Source of the DNA: Blastocystis sp. Blastoise
Taxonomy: Eukaryota > Protista > Bigyra: Opalinata
DNA length: 64,000 bases
Direction: 5' to 3'
NCBI GenBank assembly: GCA_039096225.1
Contig: JBBPEB010000005.1
Span: 1,302,001-1,366,000 of the forward strand
Part shown: positions 1 through 14,400 of the stretch, piece by piece
How the letters are laid out: each line of letters starts with the position of its first letter
How positions within the stretch are numbered: the stretch's first letter is position 1
The notes under the pieces: generated by a model
Told to the model about the DNA's origin: nothing
The model's input: only the letters and a program-made list of their open reading frames with translations
Database searches by the model: none
Made by a program: the position numbers and the translations under genes

Positions 1-870
<870 letters not shown>

Positions 871-899
871 GGATTCTATATATATATATATATATTGCT

Positions 900-1012
900 T
901 TATTTTCATCATTTTTGAATTTCTGTAGTCTGTGTTTATTTTTCTATTTTATTATTTCTTATTCCTTTATATATAATCATTAATCTTTTATTAAGAACTA
1001 TACGTGATATCC

Positions 1013-1049
<37 letters not shown>

Positions 1050-2600
1050 TATTACTTATTCAATACATGAATGCATTTTTATCTAATTATATCTATTGAT
1101 ATTTATTCTTACTAATTATTTTATTATATATAATTATAATTTATATTTTAAGATTTTTTATTTTATTAGAATTATATATTATTTTCTTATAAAATAAATG
1201 TAATTTATTAAATATTTATATGTATATATATTTTTGGTATATCTATTCTATTTTATCACAATTATATATATATATATATACTTTTTTTTATAAAATTTAT
1301 TTTGATTTATTACTCACTGTCTCCTGTAGTAACTGGATTGTCTTCATACTATATATATATATATATAATAAACTTTAAAAATATATATGTACTTGCTTTT
1401 TGGTTATTTTTATTTTCTTTTTTTCATATTATTATATGTATATTATATGTATATATAATTATAATAATTTTTCTTTTCTTTATTTTCCATTTATATTTGC
1501 TGATACTATATATATATAATTTCTTTTTTAATGATCTTTTTCTTTTGTTTACTATTAAAATACATTATTATTATACCATTTTATAGAATAGAATTTTAAG
1601 TTGATTTTTTCATGTCTATACTATAAATGTTCATAATATATATACTATACTATTGAACATAAAATAACTAATAATAATATATTTACATAGAATTATATTT
1701 CTTTATTATCATCTTATATATATATCTTTTTTATATCATTTTTTGAATTTTTAGTTATTAATATTTATACTATTTTTTTATAACATTTATATATATATAT
1801 ATTCACATATTATATATATTGCTTTATATAATTTCTACATATATATACATAAAAGAATGTATTAACTTATTAACTTATTGTTTTAATCGTATTTACTCTT
1901 TCTTGATGTGTTTTTCTTTAGCTGTGAATACATCTTTTCATAATTGATTTCAATGTAATTGTTTTCCCGTTCTTTTCGGATATACAGTTACATTCGTATA
2001 TTTTTGCATTTGTTTACTATTTTTTTAGTATTGTTAGAATTTTATGTATATCTCAAAATATATTTTTAATAACTATTTTATATTTTTCTTTTATTCAACA
2101 ATATTTTAAAAATAAGTATACACTGATAAGTATTTTGGCTTTTAAAAAGAATTGATTGTATAAAATTTCGAAAATATCCACTCAAAAATTCTAAAAGTCC
2201 AAAAGTACCTAATAGTATGTAGAAATTTCATTAAATAACAGAGAACAGTTGTAATCCAACGATGGTATGTTAATTACCTTCGTTTTAGAATCATTAATTG
2301 ATAAAAATGTTAGTTGACACATTAGAAAAAAAATAAAAGATTTATGAAATAGATATATAAATATACCTAGTTTTTTAATTGTAGTATTTTTGTTTTTCTT
2401 ATAATGACACATCTCTAAGAATAACCATGATTTATTAGCGATAATTGGTGTATTGAAGCGTTTATCCATGATTATGGTCTTATTGAGGCTTTGATTCATA
2501 TACCCTATTTGATTGGAATAATCATTGAACATCCAATGAAATCCGAAATAAATTGTGTTTTTGAATCATGACGGATTCTCTTTAATATATATACCTAGTT
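900..2600 (-). pseudogene. Probable decayed multi-exon gene, divergent from the kinase gene
   Basis: Minus-strand segments are bounded by TATAG and GTA intron ends (e.g. YEDNPVTTGDS near 1314-1348; ORF 2209-2532) but cannot be joined without stops. Confidence 0.35.
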
Positions 2601-2661
2601 CTTTTTACTCGAATTTTTTTTTAATTCTCTTCAGTTTTATTTTTAATTTTCAATATTTAAA

Positions 2662-3380
2662 ATGAACGTATTTATTGATATTTACTGCTATTCTATTACT
2701 AACATCTTAGTTAACTAGTTTTAATGATCAAATTGCTGTTTTACAAGGTTTACCATATATACAAAGTTTTCGTTCAATTAGTAGTAAGTTTAGAGCTATG
2801 TATGATACGTAAACTATTTATTTAGTAAGGATAGGAAATATGGAAGCGATCGAAGCCGAATTTTCCATAAAGATTCCTGGAGACCAAAATATTTCTATTC
2901 ATATGAAAGAAAAATACTGTGTCTCTAACGGTTCCGTATCATTGAACTCAATCAATGTAAGTTTAGAAGGTATACTGTTCGATTTACTAATTATGTTATT
3001 TAATTTTGTTTAGATACATACAGAAAGATGAAGCAAAATGCTGTTACAAAATTAATTGAATATTTTAATAATAATATTTTGAGTATTGTTAATAAAGTAT
3101 TTATATATTTAATTTTTTTTTATAATACAATAGGAAAATCAATCTGGTCTGATGGATACTGCAAACTATCTAAGAAATCAATTAACTAACGTTTCTTATA
3201 ATCAAATGTATGCTTATATGTTATATATATTGAAATATATGTTATATTGGTTTTATTATTATATATTTTATAATTCTATATATATAGTGAAAATGGAAGT
3301 GAAAGTATATCAGAACCGGAATTGATTGATGATGAAATAAAAAGAAAATATAAGATGATTAATGATAAAGTTGGATTTAT

Positions 3381-3416
<36 letters not shown>

Positions 3417-5697
3417 AAATAAACAACTATTATTTACTATATATATTATTTTCTTAAAAAAATAATTAGAATATATATTATCTAATAAAACATATTATTA
3501 TAGTTCCATATTATTCTCAAGATAAGTTTTCTAATGAGCGTTATTTAGGAAAAGGTGGCTTTGGAGAAGCATATTATGTGTATATATATATTTTTCTATG
3601 ATAATTCTATTTGTATTTAATTAACAAATAATCTATAGAAAATATAATAATATGGATTTATGTGTAAAATATTTCATAAAGAAAGAAGAAGAAGAAAATA
3701 TGTTTGAGAATTTATGTAGAGAACTGAAATCTCTTCTTACATGTCATTGTGAATATATTGTGAAAGGTTTGGGTATAACAATTAATGAGGAAAAAGGCTA
3801 TGGTATTGTATTAGAATATGCAAATGGCGGTGACTTAAGAAAACGGTTAAATGAGTATTTATATAGAATAATGATGATTTTATATTTATAGAAAAAAACT
3901 TGATACTAAGGATGCATATGAATATTCGATTCAATTAACAAAAGCTGTGAACTATCTGCAAGAAATTAATTTTGTACACAGAGATATTAAGGTATATTAT
4001 TCTAATAAATACTAATCAATTATAAATAATAATTTTTAATACATTAATCTGTTTATAATTATATTTTATATATATATTATATAGCCAGCAAATATTTTTT
4101 TTAAAGATGGAAAAATTAAACTTGGAGACTTTGGTTTATGTAGAAATGCATCTAAAACAGATCGTTTTATGACATATTGTGGAACTCCTAGTTAGTATAT
4201 AGATAATAATATTTTTTTTAAATACTGTATTTTCATTTTTTCTAAAGATTATATATGTAAACAGTTAATTTTTTAATATTATTAAAAATATATATATAGT
4301 GAAGCTCCTGAAGTTCGATCTCGTAAACAATATAATATAAAGGCAGATATTTATTCTTTAGGTTTAGTTATATATGAATTATTTACTAATGCGTGTCTTA
4401 TTAAAGAAGTTTTTCATGATGAAGATGTATATATTATATATAATGTTTCATTTCTTATTGTGTGTCTATAAAAATATAGGTTAAAAAACAAATTAATGAT
4501 GGTATATATGACTACAATCATAACGAATATTGTACTTCAAATATTTTATATTATTTTGATAAATACTTATTTTAAAATAATTCTATATATATAGGAATAA
4601 GTAAATTGGTATGCCATTGTTTAGATAGTAATTCTCATGAGCGTCCTGATGCTGTAGATATTCTCAAAGAATTAAACCAATTATACGAGAATTATTTAAA
4701 ACGTCCACATGATGAGTCAAATAAGCTATTATCCTCCTATAACATTATGTACCAACTTGAAAAAGAAAGATCAGAATCAATATATAATACTCAAATTCCC
4801 TGTATTCCTCTTAATGGAGATCTAATTGAATCAAGTACATTTATTACTGAAGATATGATTGATTTCTTAAAAGCATCTTCATCTTCAATGAATCAATCTT
4901 CTCAATTAGAACTTATTTATAAGTATATATAATAATCTTATCATCATTATTATAGTATTTATTTTTTAAATTACGAAATAAGATGCTATTTTTTTTATTA
5001 TAAAAATATATTAAATAATAAATATATTTATACATAACATAGATCTTCTCGTGATGGGGCTACAGGTCAAAAATTTCATGAATATTGTGATAATATTAAA
5101 AATACACTTGTATTTATTAAACATATAGATATTCATGGAAGAATCAATGTATTTGGTGGATACGCGAGTAAGAAGTTGCAACCACAAGGACTATTTAAAA
5201 AACTTTTTGGTATATGTATATATATTATTAAAACTTATTATTTAATTAAATATAAAGGCAAAGCGAAAAGTCAATATTCTTCATCTTATGTTTATTCAAG
5301 TATATATATATATGTATTATTGAATAATTATAGTTTTATCAATATTTATAATAATATTTCTATAGAAGGAGAAGATATATATGATGATAAGGCTTTTATT
5401 TTTTCATTAGTCAATCCTCATCATACAAGTCCTCAAATATTAAAATGTCTAGATCCAGATCAAGCATTAAGATATTATAGTGAATCAGGCCCACAATTTG
5501 GGGACTCAATTGTTATTGGTAATGATTTTTCAGCAGATGATGCTGAACAAAGTCAAATGAATGCAATTACTAGATTAAATAATATTTATGAAGTCAATGA
5601 CAAATATAAATGCTCCTTATTTACAAATACTGGGCATAAAGATGATATAAACTTTTTTAAAGTAGAAGAAATGGAAGTATTCAAAATTGTTAGTTAA
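2662..5697 (+). CDS. Ser/Thr protein kinase with C-terminal TLDc domain and an unassigned N-terminal domain (about 16 exons)
   Basis: Splicing GT-AG introns gives the kinase motifs YLGKGGFG, LCVK, alphaC RE, LEYANGGDL, HRDIKPAN, KLGDFG, YCGTPSYEAPE, KADIYSLG and HERP. TLDc motifs follow: LIYKSSRDG..FHEYCD, NVFGGY, AFIFSL, GPQFG, FKVEEMEVF. ATG 2662, TAA 5695-5697. Confidence 0.92.
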
Positions 5698-5824
5698 ATT
5701 TTTGTTTTTTATCATTATGAAAATATGGTTTTTTGGTTTTTTGTATTTCTTGATTTTATACTTTTTTACTTTTTTTTGAATAGATTTAATGATATAAACT
5801 TTTGTTATCATTGTTTGTTGTATA

Positions 5825-5935
5825 ATATTATATAGTTTTATTATATTATTGGATTTTATTATATTATTGGATTTTTAATATTATATAGTTTTAAAATATT
5901 ATATAGTTTCAAAATATTATTTAGTTTTATAATAA
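5825..5935 (+). repeat. Degenerate ~19-bp minisatellite (ATATTATATAGTTTTAAA-like), about 6 copies
   Basis: Repeated ATATTAT(ATAG/TGGA)TTTT units downstream of the kinase stop. Confidence 0.6.
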
Positions 5936-7225
5936 CAATATTAAACTGACAAGTTAATGTAAAAATCAGTAGATTTTATATTTTTTCTATATATAGAATC
6001 AATAACGAAGTTAATGAATACGATACTTTACATATTTAATTACTAGAACAATAGAAAACATATTAGAATTAATATCATAATTATATTATAAATTTTCTTT
6101 ATAAATATTTTAAAATATAGTATTAAGATTAAGTTCCATATAATTATATACATGGAGAAATAAATGCATTTTTTTTTTGTAATAGAGAAATATTAAATAT
6201 TTGTTCTATATATGATTAAAATGTTTATAATAATAATAAATAATCCATCAATGATTGTAGATATTATTTATGTCATAAAAATATTTAAATAATATATGCT
6301 TATATACTAATAAAGAATATTTTTATTGCAATACACTTGATGGAAAGAGTTGAATGAACAGATTTATAGAAATAAATAAAAATAAAAAATACTTTAGTAG
6401 AAGAATAACAGTATTGCAATAATTGCATTATTGAGGTATATATTTATTAAATATATAAATAAAAATTATTATTTCTAGTGTATTTCATTCAATAGAAATT
6501 TTATATCAATGGATATAATTTTAATAAAAAAGCAGTAGATAATTTAAATATAATAAAAATCTTTAAGGAAAGGAACAATTTATTATTTGATTCAGAATAT
6601 ATGATTAACGTTATAATTCTGCTTTTTTGTATATATTAATCTATAGTTCAAATTTTGAAAACATCTAAATGAATATTTTAAAAACTTAGATTGTTCATCT
6701 GTACCAATTTAAGTGTAAGAATTGTATTATTTGAAATTTTTTGAAATTATTTGGCAGAAGAAAAACTTTTATCTATCGTTGTGATATATAGAAAAGAATA
6801 TACTTTATATTTACATTTTAATGGAGATACTTATAGTTGTTCTTCACATTATTGAGTTTTATAATGCTCAGAATTATGATATAAACATATATAACAATTT
6901 CTTCAAATAAAATAATTAAAAATATGGCTTAAAAAGTGAAAAATAAAAAATATATATATTTTTCTGAATAATGAAGGTATTTTTTCTGAAAATGGCTGAA
7001 TTTTAGATTTATGAATATTCATGTGGAACCTAGTTAATTTTTATTATTCCCAAGATAATTATTTTAACTAAAATTCTTTTATAATTAATTCTTTTTTCTT
7101 TTATTATTCATCATATTTTTACTATTTTATATCAATTTTTAAAGTATTTATATATTGTTAACATAAAAATACAATTTTAATATACTAATTATTGAACATG
7201 ATACCATTATAGTTGAATTCAAGTG

Positions 7226-8897
7226 ATGATAACAACTCAATTTCAATTAGATGAAGTTCAATGTATGTAAATGTGAATGGAAAACGCTTAATTATTTTTA
7301 GATTTGTTTACATTTCAAGATGAGACGAAATTATGGATTTCTAAAGAATTTATTGAGAAATACAATCAATTACCATTTTATGATATTATTAAAAACTCTG
7401 AAAAATATGAAGATGATAGCTATTATATAGATATGCCTTCTTCTACAATGGAAAAAGTGATTCGCTTTTTATTGGCAGAAGACAAAAATATTTCTTCTTT
7501 AGATTTTAAAGAAAGTTATGATATATATAAAATAATTTATGAATTTTCAGTTACGGCTGATAATAGCATTCAAAAATGTTTATTATTTCATATTAAAGAA
7601 TTATTTATTGATTATTTGAATGAAAATAATTATGTTGTATATAATAAATATGATATTTTTTGGCATTCTTTGAGAAAATTAAATATTAGCATAGAATTAT
7701 TCAGTTTAGAGAAGAAAAAAATATGTATGCAAGGTAAGTTTATATTATAATTTGCAAATATAATATATATAGGATTATTTACACCAAAAAGAAAAGATGA
7801 ATTATTCTATTATTCGATTCTTTTTAAAATGATGAACGTTACAACAGTTGAAATTGAATGTATATATATATATATTTATTATATTATAGCTAATAATCAT
7901 AATAATATAGATTCATATGCCTCCAATATTCCAATAGAATATATATGTCCAAAATATATTAAAGATATATTTCCGTCCTTAGAAAGTTTAACGATAACTA
8001 GTATATATCTATATAATTCTATTTTTTTATTATATATAGTAAATATACATTATAAGAAAAGTGAATTCTTATTAAAACCAAATAGTGATGAATATATAAT
8101 GGAATATGCTCGCTTATTTGATAGCAGTTTCTATACTCTATCTGATTCTGAAGAATATGAATATTTTACAAGATCAGAAATGAATGAATATAATACGATT
8201 TCTTCTTTAGATCTTAATAAATTATATTATTCACATGATTTAGTTTACGTCTATAAGAGAAATAAAGAAAATAATAAATTACCTAAATTATATAAATATT
8301 TTATTAATGAAGGTATAAATACGAATCATTATTTACATGTAGAAATGAATGGAACAACCAATGAATATACATTATTTGATCGAATCAGTATTGAATATGA
8401 TGGTATATTTATATAGTATATAGTATTTAATTTATATCAATATATATATAGAGAAAACAAATGATAAGACTTTGTGGTATATAATAATAATTATCTTATA
8501 AATATAGATTAAATAGTATCAATGAATTATCTTCACAATTGAATACATCTCAATTAATTCAACTTTCTACATATATGTGTAGTTCAAATATCATGATCAA
8601 TACAAGTAAATCAAAATATATATATATATATATATATATTATAACTAAGGAATTCATTATAGATTTCTTTTCAACATATGAAGCTATGGCTTTTATGAAG
8701 GCATTGGAAGATAGTATTTTCGATTCTTTAAAGATATTAAGTGTAAGATGGAGTATATTGATATGACTTTTATTATTATTATTATTATTAATTATATTAT
8801 AGTTAAAGAATTAACTTTTGATATTAACAAAAATCTATATATAAAAATAATGACAACTCATTTGTTTCCAAATGTTACTGAACTTATCTATAATGAG

Positions 8898-8951
<54 letters not shown>

Positions 8952-10494
8952 ATTTCGAACTATCTTCAATAAAGAAAGAATGTTTTCCAAAATTACATAT
9001 TATCAACATTGATATTAAAATAAGTAAATTTATTTATAGATATCTAATATATTATTTAATAGCTCATAAGTTTGTTGAGTCTCTAATTCCTGTAAATTTA
9101 ATATCTATGATTGATACTATTCGAATAAAAGAAATTGAATCCGACCAAAAGAAGGAAATAGCTCTTCAATTCGATAATTTAGCTTATATTTATTCAATTT
9201 ATATAGATGGAATTGGTATATATATATATATATTTAACTCTAAAACAAGGTATATAATTAATAAAAAAAAAATATAAATATAGATGATTTAATATATTAT
9301 TGTCCTCATATAAAAGAATTATTAGAAAACAGTCTTATTTCAATTCATAAACTTACGGGTAATAGTTTTCATTCTTATTTTTTTATAGTTTTATTATTAA
9401 TATTTATCATTATATATATATTATATACTATACAGTTGATACTTCTGATTTTGTAAATATCAAAAAATTAGATTATTTTAAAAATTATAAACAAAATATT
9501 GATTTTTTAGATATTAAATTAAAAGGTATTCATTTATATTATATACATAAAAATATAGTTGATATATATTTCTAATACTTTTTTTATTTATTTATAGATG
9601 CTCACGAAAATAATGAATCAAATAATAATGATATAATAAATTCTTTAGAAAGATTTTTAACGAGTAGTCTATTTCAACATTTGAATAGTTTTAATCTTAT
9701 TTGTATATATATATATATATTATTATTATATTTTATATAATATTTATAGTTGATTATAATATAAGTATAAAATATTTAAAATCAATATCAAATATCTTTA
9801 ACAACAATAAAATTAATACTATTCATAAATTAACGATTAATTGTATATTATATATATATATATAAATCAATATATAGTAAATCTAATCCAAAAAGATTTA
9901 TCATCTGAATATCTTAATATATATGAAAAAATTATGGAGAAATTAATACCTAAGGCTTCTTTTGTTAAAATAGAATGTAATTATTTATATTTATATAAAA
10001 TATATTATTATGTTAAAAGAATTATTTAATTAATATAATGATTCTTATTAGATTGTCCTATGACTGTTATAAATCGATTCATTCTCAAGGGTTGTTTTCA
10101 TAATACAACTCAATTAACTCTAAGTTTATATATATTATGTAGATATAATTATTCAATTATAGAATATAATATATCTCATTTTATAATTTATATTAATATT
10201 ATTCTAGTTATTAATGATATACCAAATGATAATTTTTTGGAACTATATACTACTGACAATTTACCTAAATTAGAATATATTGAATTATGTATATACTAAT
10301 GATACTATATTATATATATGAATCATAAATATATATACATATAATTCTAATCTATAATAATTATTTTTATTAATTATTATGTATTTTAATAGGTAAACGT
10401 AAGGATAAAAAATGGTGGATTCATTTTATTCAAAGATTAATTAATTATATTTATAAAAATAACTTTCCATTATCAACTACTATTCGATTAAATA

Positions 10495-10542
<48 letters not shown>

Positions 10543-10809
10543 TATTATTATAAATCTATAGATTCATTTATTGTAAATGATTATTATATTTATGATCCTA
10601 ATTCTTCTATTTTTCGATATAAATATGAAAATCATACATATATAAATACAATTATTGGTACAAAGAGTATATATTTATATCTAATGAATATATTATATAT
10701 TTATATATAGACAAATTAATGAATGAATATGAAATAGAAACGCTATTTGATTGTATAAATGAAAATAAAACTAACAATTTAAACAACTTAAAATTATGTA
10801 TACATCTAT

Positions 10810-10841
<32 letters not shown>

Positions 10842-11075
10842 TTTTTATAGATTTTTATGATGATGAAAAATTATCAACTCTTATCAATTTTATAATAAAT
10901 GGAAAAATTCCTCAATTAAAAAAAATTATTATTAATTTTAGTAATATATATATTTATTTATATAAATATTATTTTTATAGGTGATACTATTTCAGATAAA
11001 CAAATTAAAATCTATGAACAAAAATTGAATGATTCTTCATTTATTCAAGAAAATAGTGTAGATTATGAATTTTAA
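7226..11075 (+). CDS. Multi-exon protein with N-terminal BTB/POZ-like segment and degenerate leucine-rich-repeat-like motifs; paralogue A
   Basis: ATG 7226; GT-AG splicing keeps the frame to TAA 11073-11075. The N-terminus SYYIDMPSSTMEKVIRFL resembles the T1-type BTB motif. Recurrent FPSLESLTI, FPNVTELIY, FPKLHIINI, LPKLEYIEL, IPQLKKIII. Exon-by-exon similarity to 33051-36837. Domain calls are inference. Confidence 0.85.
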
Positions 11076-11443
11076 GCAAAATATGTATATTAACGTTTTT
11101 TTTTCTCTATATATTTTATTATATTAATACATTCAATTATCAATGTTTTTATGAATAGTTAATATTTTTAATGTTTATATCGAAAATATTAAAAAAATGT
11201 TTTATTTTCTCTGTAAATAATGGAATAATTATAATCAATATAAAAAATTGGATAAAATTCCGTTTACAATTGTCAGATAAAAAATACTGTAAAGTCATGT
11301 GAGATTGTGTTGAACATAATTATTTAATTATATAAAAAAACTTGTTTTTTATTATATAAATAAAAGCAAACAATATTAAAACAACTAAATAAATTAAATA
11401 TAATTATATAGATAAAATTAATAAAAAAACAATAAAGCTTACT

Positions 11444-14400
11444 TTACTCCTTATTTTCATTTTCGTCGATAGTTGAAATAGAAGAAATAGAACCATCTTT
11501 CTCTACACCTTCTTTATATGTTTTTATATCATTTTGTAAATGAGGAATAAATAGAGGAGGACTATAAGCTTTGTTATCAAGTTCCTGTTGAATATCGAGA
11601 TCTGAAGGAATAACAGTTCGACTAATACGATTTATAGGAGATATACTAGTATTTCTATTAGAACTTGTTAATAAGGTATTTTTATTCTTTTGTTTTTCTT
11701 TATGATTTATTTTTTTTGTTTTTTTATTTATTTTTTCATCATTATTAGTTATATTTTCATTATTACTCTTATTATTTTCAATAATATTTTCATTATTATT
11801 ATGAGGATGAGACAAAGAAATAGATATTAATGGATTAGGAGAGGATAATGGGTTTTGAGATGAATATCCTGAAGAAGAAATAGAAGAAGTTCGATGTCCA
11901 GAATAATAGCCAAAAGAAGAATTTCGATGAGAAGGAGAGACAAGAGAAGGAGAACCATTTGAACTATATCTATTATTATTCCATAAAGGAAGAGGAGATT
12001 GACTGAAATCTAATCGATAATTATTATTTGTATATATAGGTATATGAGATAATGTATTATTAGAAGAAATAGGAATTTGATTTGATATATTGATTGATGA
12101 ATCATTCAATAGTTTAGATTGACCTATAGTAGATACTATAGGTATAGGTATATTTGAATTATTAAGAATAGGTGAATGACCATTAGTATAAGAATGAATA
12201 CCTGATCGAGTAGGAGATATAGTTGAATTAGATATAGGATGAGGAGATGAAGAATTATTATTATTATTATTATTATTTAATATGATTTGAGGAGTAGATA
12301 GATTATTATTATTATTTTCTTGATTTATAGATTTATTATTAATAGAAGATTGAGGAAGAATAACCATAGATTTCACACGATTTGTATTATTATTATTATT
12401 ATTATTATTCATTTGATTCATTTTTGATGCATTTAGAGCATCTATATTAAGAGATCTTCTTGTTAATAATGATTTACGATCTATTATTATAGTATCAGGT
12501 AATTCATTATTCTCTTCAGAATTCTTATTTATAGTTGATGAATTGATTGGATCATGAGGAGATTTAGAATTATTATTATTATTATTATTATCATTTATAA
12601 TCTTTGAATCTTCTTCTATTGGACTTTTAGATCCTTTTTTAACTTTACGAATAATAATTTTCTTTACTTTTTTCTTATTCTTATTATCTTCATTTAAATC
12701 ATTATTATTATCATCTTTTCTATCTTCAATAGTTTCAGAAATAGGTGTTGTATTTTCAGAAACAGGAGAATTACTGTTTTTCTTAACAATCTTCTTTACT
12801 ATACGTTTCTTAATAATCTTTTTTACTTTACGTTTAGGTTTCTCTTCTGTTGATTCTATAGGTGTAATTGATTCATTATTCTCATTATTTTCTTTATGAA
12901 TAATATCAACATTATTTTCATTATTATTAATTATAATATTATTTCTCTTTGATTTATAAGAATCTAAACTACTATGTTTTGATGAAGAATTAGAATTCGA
13001 ATTCGATTTTGAATTTGATATAGAAACACTTGAGTTCATGGATTGATGTTTAGAATCTACTATAGGTTCATGAGATATATTTAATATAGACATAGAAGCT
13101 CTAGAAGGATGATTCTGTTTTGGTGAAGATAGTATATTCATAGACGATCTCATATTTCTTATTGTAGAAGAATCTATAGTTTTTGATAAAAATTCTCTTC
13201 TAGAATTTAAACTAAAATTATTCTTTGAATTATTTTCTTGAATATCTTCATTATTATAATTATTATTCTTTCTTTGATTCATATTCAATAGAGTTCCTCC
13301 ACGTAAGAAATTAGGATTTCCTACAACAGAATCTGCTGTGATTATCATCTTTTTATTATTATTATTATAAAATGAATTATTATGACTATTATTACGACTA
13401 TTATAAAGATGAGAACTATCTCCACTTCCATCAATATCTAATCCCATAGATAAATCTTCAGTATCATTACTATATAAATGATATCGATCTCTATCTTGAT
13501 TTTTAGAATTCATCTTATGATCAAAACTATTACTATTCTTATGATGATATTGTGAATAGGATAAATATAAAGAAGGTCTATTAATAGAATCTTGATCATA
13601 AGTACTACAAGTACTACTCGTACGATGGAAATTATTCATTGAATAAGATCGAGTTATATTTGCATTATAATATTCATTAAATGATATTGTATGAATACTA
13701 TGACTAAATAATGAATGTTCTAAATTCATATTCATAGTTGCTTGTAATAAAGGTAATAAACGTTCTTTATCATTATTATCTGTTGATTTTAAAATAGGAG
13801 ATGTAGATCCTATTGTTGATGAAGGAATACTATGAGAATCAACATTATTTATATCTATTCCTTCAGATATATTCATATCTGTATTACTATTAATAGAAGA
13901 AGAACGTTCATTATGAATAGAAGAAGAATCACTTGAAGGAAATTGTAAGGATATATATCCAGGAGAACTAAATGAACGAGTTATTGAATGAGGCTGTAAT
14001 TGTAATTGTTGTAAATAAGTATAATATAACTATAAAAAGGATTTTTTAAATTAATTTATATTAATATAATAATAATAAATATATACTTGTAAAGCTTTTA
14101 TACGTTTAATTCTTCGTTTAATTTCTTGTTCATTTTTATTTACTATAATAGATTTTTCTTTCCATAATTCATCTTGTTTCATTTTCTGTTGAGTTTCAAA
14201 AGCATATTGATTTTCTGTTAATCGATATTTACCTCGATCTCTTAAATCAATACCACTATTGATCCATTCTTGTGTTTCACTATGCCATTGATCTTCAATT
14301 CGATCACTTTCTTTTGTTGTCTCTAATTTCACAAAGGTCTTATTCATAAAATCCCATCGAAATTTATATCGTAATAACATAAATAATAAATATCTATAGA

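Noticed and set aside
1007-1016. ATATCCTTAA on the plus strand after the first gene
   Set aside because: No matching branch motif and AC at a suitable distance; it lies outside coding sequence.
4248-4256. Possible 9-nt micro-exon in the kinase activation segment
   Set aside because: A single intron 4195-4299 already yields GTPSYEAPE; including the micro-exon breaks the frame.
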